A stretch of 63,356 nt of DNA, the filler included, from Phoronis australis (taxonomy: Eukaryota; Animalia; Phoronida), in NCBI GenBank assembly GCA_002633005.1. It is 7 parts of 7 records of this genome, joined end to end, with 100 filler letters (N's around TTAATTAATTAA, not from the genome) between each part and the next. Parts side by side here need not be neighbours in the genome. Positions count along the whole stretch, not along the records: positions 18,269 to 44,247 come from NMRA01000145.1; 6 more parts are not named here. One strand, 5' to 3'. The notes beneath the pieces are model-generated. The model was not told the origin of the DNA. It searched no databases and saw nothing but the letters and a program-made list of their open reading frames with translations. Numbering within the stretch: the first letter of the stretch is position 1; each line of letters starts with the position of its first letter. Below are positions 25,750-38,369 of this stretch, in pieces. A program made the translations under genes and the position numbers.

Positions 25750-26890
25750 ACAACAAGGGCAACGCGGAGCGTTGAAATGCGACCACGAATGCACCGCAAA
25801 TGGAGTGCTTCTAGGGATGTTTATTTATTTCAACCCATCTGAAACTGGGTACATGCCATCGCTTTTTTGTTAGAAAGCTAAATTTCATAAAAATCTGTCA
25901 AGGAACTTCAGAGAAACAAAGGAAACAAAAAATGAAATTGCCACTATGGGACACAGCTTTCATTGGATCCACCTGAAAGACGTCGTCATCTGCTGTTAGC
26001 TACATATAAATGCAATTACTAAATTTAATAAAGATCCTGCAGTGAGTTTAGGAGATGCAGCTATGGGCGCAAAACAAAACAAAACTGCCTCTAGGAGGCG
26101 CCAAAGTAGTCGAAGTCATTGGAAAATCATCGTCGGCTTTGTAGTAAGAACATACATGCCAATTTTCACAATCATCTTTTGTGCGGTTTGGTTGATAGAG
26201 AGATGGGCGCCAAAAACAGACTAAAAAACAGTAAAAATGGCCACAAGGTGGCGCAAACTACGTAAAATCCATCCGAAAATGGGAGGATAGCTTCATCTCA
26301 CTAATAGGTGCCCATATTTCAATTTTCATGAAAATACGTTGAGGACCTTTGAAGATACAGAGGTAAACGTAAAAAAATAAATTGCCAATAGAGCGCACAC
26401 CGGTAGTCAGATCCGTTCGAAAGTCGTAGTCATCCATTGTCAACATCATATAAATACACTTGCAGAATTTAGTAAAGATCCTGCCAACGGTTTAGGAGAT
26501 ACAGCCATGGGCTCATAAAGAGACAAAACTGCCACTAGGGGGTGCCACAGTAGCCGAAATTGTTGGAAAATCATCGTCAGTCCTCTTCACAATAAAAACA
26601 TACATGCCAATTTACCCAATCATTCTTAGAGCGGTTTGGTTGATAAAGGGGTGGACGCCAAAAACAGGCTCGAAAACAACAAAAATGGCCACTAGGTGGG
26701 GCAAACTACGTCGAATCTGTTCGAAAACGGGGGGATAGCATTATCTCACTAATAGGTGCCTGTATTCCAAATTTTATGAAAATACGTTGAGGACCTTTGA
26801 AGACAGAGGCAAGCGTAAAAAACTAAAATTGCCACTAGGGGGCACACCGGTAGTCGGATCCGTCCGAAACTTTGCTCATGCCGTCCCATC
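25750..26890 (+). repeat. Interspersed element with seven ~148-bp monomers (three-monomer higher-order unit of ~445 bp), each with a GCCACTAGRKGGCRC-like motif
   Basis: Motif starts at 25940, 26087, 26240, 26384, 26531, 26688, 26831; head GCAAC..GCGTTGAAATGCG.CCACGA shared with ~38375. Confidence 0.85.
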
Positions 26891-28404
26891 CCTGATAGAA
26901 ACATATGCGCTTACTTTAATGAACGTACGCTGACAGGCTTAATCGTTTGTTTTTGTTGGCGCCCTTTTGTTTGCCCTGTCACTCCCAAACATCCCTCTGA
27001 GGATACTTTTAGTGCCTCACTGGAAAGATGCAACGGGAGTCCCGTGTGAACGTTTAAACACAAGATAACAAATTATTACAATGAAGTTGGACCAAATAAC
27101 TCGTATGTTTCCCAAAATGGAGGACAATTCTCTACAACCAAAGCAAACGATGAAAAAGTACCTCAGGCCTCAGTCCCCCCTTGCCATGGTTCTCCCCACC
27201 CACTTCCCACCACAGCTCATGGTCGTCCCTGACCGTTCAATACACAAGTATGGCAAGTGATTTAGATGCGGAGAAACCGACCATTTACGCGTCAATTGTC
27301 CAAAAAACAGGCCAGCCAACGTCAAGCGGGTATCATCAGCTCTTCCAAACGTTTTTTAAAAGTTGGAGCGGAATGAATGAAACATCCATGACCCAAGTAA
27401 TTAGCCTTGTGATATATATTAAAAAACAAGCGAAGAAACACGCCAAAAATGAAATCCAATGTCCCACAGGTTTTTCGTTCTGTTGCAGTAGGGTCAGATG
27501 TCAATCGCAGTTATCAACCTCCTGTCCGAGATGACGAAACTGACAATAGGGGCTGACACCGATATGTCCCTTGGTCCCCACCCATTCCATCTCTAGCGAA
27601 CTTTTAAACAACACGAGCGTTTTAGCCAAGGATCCCTCTGCTCATCGTTCGAGCGTGGCGTCTGATGCATAGGTTGGTCGAGAGCGATGTGAGGCTTCCA
27701 CGAGAATATTGCCCTAATGGCATTCATCCTCCTCGGCGTGTATTTTTAGAAAGCCACGAAACAGTTTTCACAGGCCAGCCCTTATAGTGGCGTGACGCAA
27801 TCATGGTGACTATGACTCGTTAGGTCCAGCTCTAGCTGCAAATCTCATGTTCAACTGTATTGTTTTATTACGTTTGGAGAAACTCCAAGGCAACAATATT
27901 TACCGCCAAGTGACTTCTTCCTCTATTTGGGGATTGTTGATATCTGTTTTTATTGGCTTTACCTTGTTTAACAGCTGTTTATTCTTATCTTCCAATGAGA
28001 ACTATCACATCGGTTTTGGTTAAGGGGACAATAAATATTTCTGCGAATGATGTTGCTTCCCGGGTGCACCTCACTTCTTTTAGAGAAGAGGAAATGATGT
28101 AGTAGTCAACATCATTCCTCCCTGTCCTTTTCCTGTGCTGCCCTGTGATTCGTCCGTGTGATAGTTTCCCGGATGTCACCACCATAAATACATTGCCTGC
28201 CGAATCTGGACTTTGGTGGAAGCTTGTTGTTCAGGCTTAAATTGTAGCCGTACAGATTGGCAGTGCATTGTAAGTACTCTCCGTGAGGCATAACTAGTGA
28301 GCCTGTACAGTAATACAACAGTCTTCTTCGCGGCAATTTTAGCTTTTTATGTTTACCTCTGTCTTAAAAGGTCCTAAACGTATTTTTATAACATTTGGGA
28401 CATA

Positions 28405-31155
28405 CGGTGGCGGATCTACGGGGGGTTCAGGGGGTTTAAATCCCTCCTTGGGCCAGGACCAAAAAATAAAAAAACGTCTCCAGCAAAACAAAAAAGGCAC
28501 CGCCAGCGTGTGTAAACCCCAAAAGGGGAGGGGGTTCATTCTGTGTGCATTGTGAATTGCTGTTATGAAACTCAACGCATTTCGAGTTTTCGTGGCTCAT
28601 CGGCAAGACGCGCGGAGATCAATTGTGCGCGCGATTCCGTCGACACTTCTGAAGTAGCCAAGCATTTTAGATGGATCCAACGCTGAAAAGTGCAGCTCTA
28701 TAGCTGATTTCTTTAGGTAACTAGCATCTTTACTCTAAGATATGTTTTGATTTGATTAGGGAAAGTACTGTGGTGCCGCAACCCTGACATTCAGGCGAAT
28801 TGACGTGCAACGTTTTTACCTCATCTATCATGCCAAGTCATGCTATTACACTCCACACGTTTGTAACTCGAATTTGACTGGTGTATAGAAAAGTTATCTT
28901 GCGCATTATTCTACAGACACTGTACATGTAATATTTTTGAAAAAAAAATCGTATTCCCAAGAATTGATGTTGTGGCGGGCGCCGTGGTCTGGTCGCGAGT
29001 ACGTTTGAAAATGCACTCTAACAATTTATGTCTACACAAGGAATGACCAAGGGGGCACTCACATTGAGAAAGTTACTGCATTTGCGAACAATATACAGTA
29101 CCAGAAATTGCGGGTAGGCTGTTCTTTCACAGTAAAGTCTTTCGGAACTCCTGCGGTGTTCAGTAGGCCTCCTAAGAACCCCTGGTTCCGACCTCAACAC
29201 CTACCGTATTTCTACCTGCAGTTAGCACCATTACCGACTACCATGCGCTCACCCAGCTTAAAATATAGGGGGCTCGAATTTTTCAGTATGCGCACCTTTT
29301 ACTGAATAAAATCAACGAGGACTAAAAAAAATCGGAGCCATTAGGTTCAGGCCAACGGATTGTGCATCGGCGCCGAATTCCTGTGGGCTTTGTGGACTTT
29401 TGTCTCGTTTACTCGGACTTTTTGATTCACGGAGGAAAACCTTTTTGCCCAAATCGCCAAATCGGGGAACTCATTCGAGCCCCCCAATCCCTCCCTGTGT
29501 GCTCCCATCTATACTGGGAATTTCCGCAGAAAGACGCACCCATGAGCGTTTATTTGGTGTTACAACTTCGGGTTTCAAGTGTTCAGACATTGGGACGTTT
29601 ATTCCGAATATTGCAAGAGATGTAAATAGGTCCTGGGATACATCGTCAAGATTTGAAGTAGTCCATTATGTAGTAATTGTACGGATTAAATTAAGTTGCG
29701 CATGAAAGTCTTTTGAATGGACGTGGCAACCTCAGGGGGCTTAGTGCCAACTGAGTTGCGAAACGAGATGCAGACAATGTAGAGGCTTACAAGCTCATTG
29801 ACACAGCAGTTGATGAAGTGCAAGCGTTGGTAACAAACATCGAAGATATCTGGGTAGAATGGTTCCAAGACGAGCAAATCCTTGGATCCGATATACAGAT
29901 TGCTCTGCAGTCTAGACAACAGCAGGATAGGACTATTGTCCCTGGAGAAACACCCAGGTAATAAATTATATAATTCTATACAGTTTGTACACAATGTCGG
30001 TTTTTAGGCTTGCGTACAATGAAAACGAAAACGAAATTATTTTTGGACATGCCAAATTTACCCAGTACAGCGGAGGTCTACGAGCGCACAGAAACTGATT
30101 CTGGTTTGTATTTCCACTTGCCTCTATCTGCTTCATATCCAAAATCTATTTCACGTAGTGCATGATTACATTTGTACTCAATACTTTAATGTTTCTTCCA
30201 GAAGAACAGTGCGAAAACCCTTCCCAGACAACATCTCGCAGCAGTTGACCACCAGACAAGTAAAATACACGTATGAGCAACCACTGTGCATTAAAAAGTG
30301 TCTAGAGAGAGGTTTTCAATTCAAAATTTTTTGCATAGTGCACTTAAGGTCTTGCGACGGACCAGGCCAGCTTGATTTGTGTAGATATTGAGTTTCAGTG
30401 TACTTCTGGTCCATCGGCGAACTAGACTTGTGATGTTTTTTACCAGTGTGCTTTGTAAAACTATCTCAGTCAGTACTGTTTGGTCCCGCGACAGATCGAC
30501 TACTTTTATAGGGATAATAAGCACAAGTGTACTTTTGGTCTCGTGATGGACCAGGCCAGCCTTTTTGTGCACTCTCAGTGTACATCTGGGCCTGGTCTCC
30601 AATCTCTGTACTCAGACTCGAATCACACTTCATACTCAACTCGAGTACAGACTCAGCTTTGGTGTATTCAATGTCATACTCGAAAAATCTGTACTCTAAA
30701 TTTCGAGCACGTACTCAGTTTTCGAGTGTACTCGAACTGAAGTGTATCTCATCTATATTTCGAGCACGATTTTGAGTATGAAATCTCGAGTATGAGTATG
30801 AGTCTGACTAGTACGGAGATTGAAGACCGGGCCCTGCTCCCTCTGCGAACTGACCTGGTCCTTTTCACCACGTTGTACAGAATGTTTTGGTTTCGTGAAA
30901 AGGTTTTCAGATGATTTGTTTCCTGATACATTTGACGTTTTTCAATTGTTGTCAACGTCATTCAGTTTAATAAAGTGGGATACTTAATTGTTTATTGTCG
31001 CTTTTAATAATAGACTATGAGCTGAGAGCACCATCGTTCGCCAGTTTTTCTCGTAACGAGACAGAACATATGTTTATTTCCGGACTAACTGTACCGGTCC
31101 TCGTTCTTAAACACTTGAGGCTGCTGTTACGCGATCATCTCATATTCAAGTTTTG
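28405..31155 (+). mobile_element. Decayed hAT transposon, copy A (left TIR plus transposase relic)
   Basis: TIR CGGTGGCGGATCTACG at 28405-28420; relic peptides DNVEAYKLIDTAVDEV...WFQ...RQQQDRTIVPGETP and RRTVRKPFPDNISQQLTTR resemble PRKRIR/ZMYM1-type hAT transposases; stops and frameshifts present. Confidence 0.75.
30589..30833. mobile_element. PIF/Harbinger-like MITE nested in hAT copy A
   Basis: TIR GGCCYGGTCTYCAATCTCYGTACT; 3-bp TSD CTG; empty site TACATCTGGTCCCTC visible in copy B (~34340). Confidence 0.85.
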
Positions 31156-31979
31156 GGTTTTGGGATGCCTATTCTTGATGCTCCTCGGTCAAAGGTAATA
31201 AATCCGAAAGGAAAAGGTCAAAGGTCAAAGGGGATGGATGCAATCGGATGGCAGAATGGTGAATGTTGGCCAAAACCCAAAGTTTTGTCCACTGACGTCA
31301 AACGCATGCTGGCGCCCCCAGACTTTGCACTGTTAAGTTGTTAGTTTGTTCTGTCAATTTCTTCCTGTGTATGTTTGACGTTGTAATTTGTAATTCTCCT
31401 CTCGACTGGCTTTAATTGTGATTTTAAAGCCTTGATATTTGTGGTCATGGCTGACTTGCTGTTCAAAGACCTGTGACTATGATAAAGCTTCAATTAAAAG
31501 CCTGGGCATTAATAAATTTCTGACATGATCTTGATTGGATGTATTTTTAATTACTAGGCCAAACCTACGATGAAAAACAGAAAACATCCTCATTATCAGT
31601 CATCCCCAAGGATGTGTCAGGGTATTAAAGAATTTTTACAGCTTTTCTTACATAATTCATGTTCTCAATGGAAATAGCATAAAATTACTTTGTGCCAATT
31701 TTTATTGGGACATCCCATAGCTCCTATATCAGCTGAATGCTTTTGGGACACCTGATATTACCACCGCTGTTGAAGGTGAAACTGCTATTCCTAGGCAAAT
31801 CTCAAACACTTGTATTGCTAAGCAATTTCATATATTGTTTTGTACAGTCTTTCAAACATATCTTGAAAAGAAACAGAAGTATTGTTATGGTAATCCTATA
31901 ATTCAAAAGTCATGCCTCTGGACACCGTAGGGCTTCTCAATTAGAGAGATATTGTCCCTTTATTAAAGGCATCTCTACT

Positions 31980-32262
31980 CAGTGGCGGATCTAGGACACC
32001 ATAAGAGGTGCCCAATATGTTGCCTTGGGGAATTGGGCAAAGCGCGATTGTATGTGCACACGGGCCCGAAAGTTGCGGGGGCCGGGATGTGGACGTTCCC
32101 TTCAGAAAATCTATCGGTGTACACGATTCCTCTGGTATGTGAGCCCCCTCATCCGCTACCGGTCCTAGTTGCTGAACTCTATATTTCCTCACGGTTCACG
32201 CTGTTGCTTTTTCATTTTGCGTGCGGCAGCCAGGGGGGACGACCCCCCTAAATCCGCCTATG
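31980..32262 (+). mobile_element. MITE with CAGTGGCGGAT / ATCCGCCTATG termini; further copies at ~35512 and ~36091
   Basis: Exact 5-bp TSD CTACT on both flanks. Confidence 0.85.
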
Positions 32263-32823
32263 CTACTTAATGTTTTAAGTTCAAACGCGCGACATGTTTA
32301 AGTTTTATCGCAAATCCCTACTCGTAATTGGCTAAGAAGTGCAAGAAACATTCATTTCACTGTATGAAGGCCATTACCGACGTAAGGTAAAAAACAGAAA
32401 AAACACGGTCAAACGCATTAAAATGATGCTGTGGTCAGTAAAACTTATTAAAAGACTTTTTTCACTGACCAATTTAATGCATTTTACGGCGTTTTAGTTT
32501 TTAGTACTTCAAAGAACAAACAATAACAGGCCACCCACTTTCTCACAAAAACAACTTTTAGCATACCCTGTCTTCACCGAGCATTTGACGTAAAAATATA
32601 TTATAAAAATGGCCAGCACTCAGGGGCACATCCAGAATATTGAGTTAGGGGGGCCAGGGCGGAGTATTAGCTCGTCAGACATTTGCACCCCCGTACTACC
32701 AAATGGAATCTGGGAGAATATTAGGGGAGGGCATGGCCCTCTTATCCAACGCCAGAAATATCTGACATAGGCAGTGCGCATGCGCAGCCAGCAGCTAACT
32801 ATTCCCCCACAGAAATACACACN

Positions 32824-35102
32824 GCAGCTCTATAGCTGATTTCGTTTGGTAACTAGTTTCTTTACTCTAAGATATGTTTTGATTTGATTAGGGGAAATAC
32901 TGTGGTGCCGCAATCCTGATATTCAGGCGAATTGACCGGCAACCTTTTTTACCTCATCTGTCATGCCATGTCATCCTATTACACCCCACACGTTTCTAAC
33001 TCGAATTTGACTGATGTATGGTAAAGTTGTCTTGCGCGATATCATACAGTGTACATGTACGTGTAATACTTGAAAAAAATCGTTTTCCGAAGAATTGCTA
33101 TTGTGACCTGCGCCGTGGTCTGGTCGCGAGTCTGTTCGAAGATGCACTCTAACAAGTTATGTCTATACAAGGAATGACCAAGGGGCACTCAAAAGTGACC
33201 GCATTCGCGAACAGTGTACAGTACCAGAAATTGCGGGGAGGCTGTATTTTAAAGTCTTGTGGGAGTCGTGCGAAGTTCAATGGGCCTCCTAAGGAGCCCT
33301 AGTGCCGACCTCAACACCTCCCGTCTTTCTACTGCCGTTTTCTATACTGGGAATTTCCGCAGAAAGGCCCACCAGAAGAAACGCCCATGCCCATCGGCAT
33401 TTATTTGATGTTAGTACTTCAGGTTTCAAGCGTTCAGACATTGGGACGTTTATTTCGAAAATTGCAAGAGATGCAAATGGGTCCTGGGATATATCGTCAA
33501 GGTTTGAAGTAGTCCATGATGAACGGATCGAATTTATTTGCGAACGCTGTAAGTCTTTTGAATGGACTTGGTTATCTCAGGGGGCTTAGTGCCAACTGAG
33601 CTGCGAAACGAGATGTTGACAATGTAGAGGCGTACAAGCTCATTGACACAGCAGTTGACGAAGTGCAAGCGTTGGGAACAAACGTCGAAGATGTCTGGGT
33701 AGAATGGTTCCAAGAGCAGCAAACCATTGGATCCGATGTACAGATTCCTCTGCAGTCTAGACAACAGAAAAATAGGACCAACGTTCCCGGAGAAACACCC
33801 AGGTAATAAGTTATAATTAAACACAGTTTGTAATAATGTCGTTTTTTTATGCTTGTGTACAATGAAAACGAAATAGAGATTAATTTTGGACATGCCAAAT
33901 TTACCCAGTACAGCAGAGGGTCTACGAGAGCATAGAAACAGTGAGTACTACAGAACGGTGCGAAAACCCTTCCTAGAAAACCTCTCGCAGCAGTTGACCA
34001 CCAGATGTATGAACTACAAGTATGAGCATCCACTGGGGATTAAAAAGTGTCTGAAGAGAAGTTTTCAATTCAAAATTTTTTGCAAAGTACGCTTTAGGTC
34101 TTGCGACGGACTACGCCAGCTTGATTTGTGTAGATATCGAGTTTCAGTGTACTTCTGGTCCCTCGGCGAACTAGACTTATGATGTTTTTTACCAAAGTGT
34201 GCTTTGTAAAACTATTTATCTCAGCCAGTACTGTTTGGTCCCGCGACAGCTCGAATCGACTATTTTATAGGGATAACAACCACAGGTGTACTTTTGGTCT
34301 CGTGACGGACCAGGCCAGAGTTTTTGTGTACTCTCAGTGTACATCTGGTCCCTCTGCGAACTGCTCCTGTGTATCTTTTCACCACGGTGTAGGCCGACAG
34401 AGTGTTTTGGTTTCGTGAAACTGTTTTCAGATGATTTGTTTCCTGATACATTTGACGTTTTTCAATTGTTGTCAACGAGATTCAGCTTAATAAAGTGATA
34501 CTTAATTGTTTTTGTCGCTTTTAATAATAGACTATGAGCTGAGAGCACCATCGTTCGCCAGTTTTTCTCGTAACGAGACAGAACACAAGTTTATTTCCGG
34601 ACTTACAGTACAGGTCTTCGTTCTTAAACAGCTTGAGGCTGTTGCGACCATCTGATATTCAAGTTTTTACGCCCCGTCGGTGCTCCTTATGCTCTTGAAT
34701 ATTTGGTAGTTGTCTAAACCCCTGTATACACATCACACTTTTTCGTATGCTAAAAAGGTGCGTGTAAGCAGATGTTCCAACAAAAATTTTGCTGGTGGTG
34801 TGACTCATACCCAGATGTGCACAAATATGGTTTCACGAAACTTATTAGCCAAGTTCATGTGACGAAATCGAGAAGGGCTTTTAATTATCTTAAGAAAAAC
34901 TCCAGGGACATGTTAAGTGCCAGAAACGTACCAGGATGCATGGAAATTTCACTGCTTGGCTACAAAAATAAAAAGTTATCTTACACGAGAATGGGGGTTT
35001 ACCTCCCCGACTTCCCCCCCCCCGCTCGGCGTTTCGCGCCTCGGATTCGTCCTTTGCGGGAATCCTAAACCACCCCTTACTGAAAACGTAGATCCGCCAC
35101 TG
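32824..35102 (+). mobile_element. Decayed hAT transposon, copy B (transposase relic plus right TIR)
   Basis: GYLRGLSAN*..KRDVDNVEAYKLID...WFQEQQ...RQQKNRTNVPGETP|SEYYRTVRKPFLENLSQQLTTR; right TIR CGTAGATCCGCCACTG at 35087-35102 is complementary to the 28405 TIR. Confidence 0.78.
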
Positions 35103-35109
35103 TGAAAAN

Positions 35110-37017
35110 ACAGAAAACATCCTCATTATCAATCATCCCCAAGGATGTGTCAGGGTATTAAAGAATTTTTACAGCTTTTCTTACATAATTCATATTCTCA
35201 ATGGAAATAACATAAAATTACTTTGTGCCAATTTTTATTGGGACATCCCATAGCTCCTATGTCAGCTGAATGCTTTTGGGACACCTGATATTACCACCAC
35301 TGTTGAAGGTGAAACTGCTATTCCTAGACAAATCTCAAACACTTGTATTGCTAAGCAATTTCATATATTGTGTTATACAGTCCTTCAAACATATCTTGAA
35401 AAGAAACAGAAGTATTGTTATGGTAATCCTATAATTCAAATGTCATGCCTCTGGCCACCGTATGGCTTCTCAATTAGAGAGACATTGTCCCTTTATTAAA
35501 GGCATCTCTACTCAGTAGCGGATCTAGGATACCATAAGGGGTGCCCAACATGTTGCCTTGGGGAATTGGGCAAAGCGCGATTGTATGTGCACAGGGGCCC
35601 GAAAGTTACGGGGACCGGGATGTGGACGTTCCCTTCAGAAAATCTATCGGTGGACATGATTCCTCTGGTATGTGAGCCCCCCTCATCCGCTACCGGTCCT
35701 AGTTGCTGAACTCTATATTTCCTCACGGTTCACGCTGTTACTGCTTCATTTTGCGTGCGGCAGCGGGGGGGCGACCCCCCTAAATCCTCCTATGCTACTT
35801 AATGTTTTAAGTTCAAACGCACGACATGTTTAAGAGTTCTCGCAAATCCCTACTCGTACTTGGCTATGNTACCACCACTGTTGAAGGTGAAACTGCTATT
35901 CCTAGGCAAATCTCAAACACTTGTATTGCTAAGCAATTTCATATAGTGTGTTATACAGTCCTTCAAACATATCTTGGAAAGAAACAGAAATATTGTTATG
36001 GTAATCCTATAATTCAAATGTCATGCCTCTGGCCACCGTATGGCTTCTCAATTAGAGAGACATTGTCCCTTTATTAAAGGCATCTCTACTCAGTAGCGGA
36101 TCTAGGATACCATGAGGGGTGCCCATCATGTTGCCTTGGGGAATTGGGCAAAGCGAGATTGTATGTGCAAAGGGGCCCGAAAGTTAGGGGGGCCGGGATG
36201 TGGACGTTCCCTTCAGAAAATCTATCGGTGGACACGATTCCTCTGGTATGTGAGCCCCCCTCATCCGCTACCGGTCCTAGTTGCTGAACTCTATATTTTC
36301 TCACGGTTCACGCTGTTGCTGCTTCATTTTGCGTGCGGCAGTCGGGGGGGCGACCCCCCTAAATCCTCCTATGCTACTAAATATTTTAAGTTCAAACACA
36401 CGACATGTTTAAGAGTTCTCGCAAATCCCTACTCGTACTTGGCTAAGAAGTGCAAGAAACATTCATTTCCCTGTATTTCCGCAGGGTTCACGCTGTTGCT
36501 GCTTCATTTTGCGTGCGGCAGCCGGGGGCGGGGGGGGGGCGACCCCCCTAAATCCTCCTATGCTACTTAATGTTTTAAGTTCAAACGCACGACATGTTTA
36601 AGAGTTCTCGCAAGTCCCTACTCGTACTTGGCTAAGAAGTGCAAGAAACATTAATTTCCCTGTATGAAGGCCATTACCGATGTAAGGTAAAAAACAGAAA
36701 AACACGGTCAAACGCATTAAAATGATGCTGTGGACAGTAAAATTTATTCAATAAATTTTGAAAAGACTTTCACTGACCAATTTAATGCATTTTACGGCGT
36801 TTTAGTTTTTAGTACTTCAAAGAACAAACAATAACAGGCAACAACTTTCTCACAAAAAACAACTTTTAGCATACCCTGTCTTCACCGAGCATTTGACGTA
36901 AAAAAAAAATATTTTATAAAAATGGCCAGCACTCAGGGGCACATCCAGAATTTTGAGTTAGGGGGCCAGGGAGGAGTATTAGCCCGTCAGACATTTGCAC
37001 CCCCGTACTACCAAATG
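35110..37017. repeat. Two overlapping near-identical copies of the block at ~31577-32706, joined at single Ns
   Basis: Ns at 35109, 35869 and 37018 bound the copies; near-identical spurious ORFs MRKYRVQQLGPVADEG appear three times. Confidence 0.85.
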
Positions 37018-37657
37018 NTTAAATTCCCCTTTGGTACTGCCTCGTGTAAAAACAACCTCACAATCTACACGACAGCCTGTCTCCACTGAGCAAGACTGTA
37101 ATAGCAACTGGTACATCTTCAGTGATTAAGCGAATAAAACCTACAACTGTTGGCACAGCACTGTGAAAATCACCGTGACTCCAAGGTCACAGTCATCCAC
37201 TCCTCGTCACTCACAGCATTGCCTCGTTTATATTTATAACAATTTGACGTTGCATGCTATTCTAACACAGAAGCCACCGTTATACTGTTGCTGGGCGCTA
37301 CACTCCACAGAGGTGGATTATGATTCATTTCATTGATACGAGTGTGAATGTTAACTTGTCCCTTATTCGTCAAATGCATAGTGGGATGGTTAATGACCTT
37401 TTAGGCTAGTCAAATATCGGGTCAGTTGGGGCGTAAACTGACTGACATCGAAGCATACGTCATAGCTGAGCAAATGACAACGTCTTATTGGTCCCACAGT
37501 GATGGGGCGGTAACTTGACACACTTGGGAAGTACATTTCGAGTCAACTCTGACGCGCCTCTATGACTCGTAACGTGTCTGAAAAGACCCGTCAGAAGGTG
37601 ACGCTAGGGGCGTTCCATACTATTCCACTTGTGCGACCTCATTTGTGAGACCTGCAG

Positions 37658-38082
37658 CCGCGGTTCGACCACCAGAAACTGATATTTACCGACCTGGCAT
37701 TCCTTATGTTTCAAACAATGCGGATTTGGAAGCAATCAGTAGAGGAACGGATGCTCAGAAAACTGCCGGCGCGTTTGACGAAGTAGATCACTATAATTCC
37801 GGCTCTGTTGACGAAGTAGATCACGACAATTCCGGCTCTGATAGGTTGAGCCCGTCTGTCAGACTAAACTTTTTCAACCAAAGCAATCCCCAGACCATTA
37901 ACAACCAAGCTAGCCGAGAAGGAAGGTTGGAACACATTTTTACCACAGGAAGGTATCCTCCATATCCATACAGCTCAGCCCGATCGTCATTTAACACAAT
38001 ATATAACCCACGAAGAACATTTCGGCAAACGTGTACAGACTTCTTTAGATCTCTCATGTGTTGCTGTGTTGTTGACAAATAG
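37658..38082 (+). CDS. Candidate terminal exon of an unknown protein ending FFRSLMCCCVVDK
   Basis: Long open frame without an N-terminal ATG, preceded by CCTGCAG; frame-preserving 33-nt duplication (DEVDHxNSGS twice); no recognised homology. Confidence 0.35.
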
Positions 38083-38369
38083 CCTGAAGCAATGGTGGTT
38101 TTTAAATGGTGTTAAAAGGCATTGATGGCGTCACCTGAGAACTTTTTACGTGAGGGTTTTTATGGTTAGGTTATACATATGATAATTAGAGCTACTAGAA
38201 CATTTCTGGACGTTACATATTCTCACAAATTATCAACGGAAATTGTGAATTATTTTTGTGTTCAGATGAACCTCATGAAAGATCAAATGCTCAGAGTCAG
38301 CAACTACGATCTGTTTTTCTCAGATTAGATCAAAGATGCACTTCCTCAGTATGTAGCTGCCAAAAAACG

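Noticed and set aside
25940-26850. Regularly spaced motif array as CRISPR
   Set aside because: The intervening sequences are homologous to each other and ~130 bp long; eukaryotic context.
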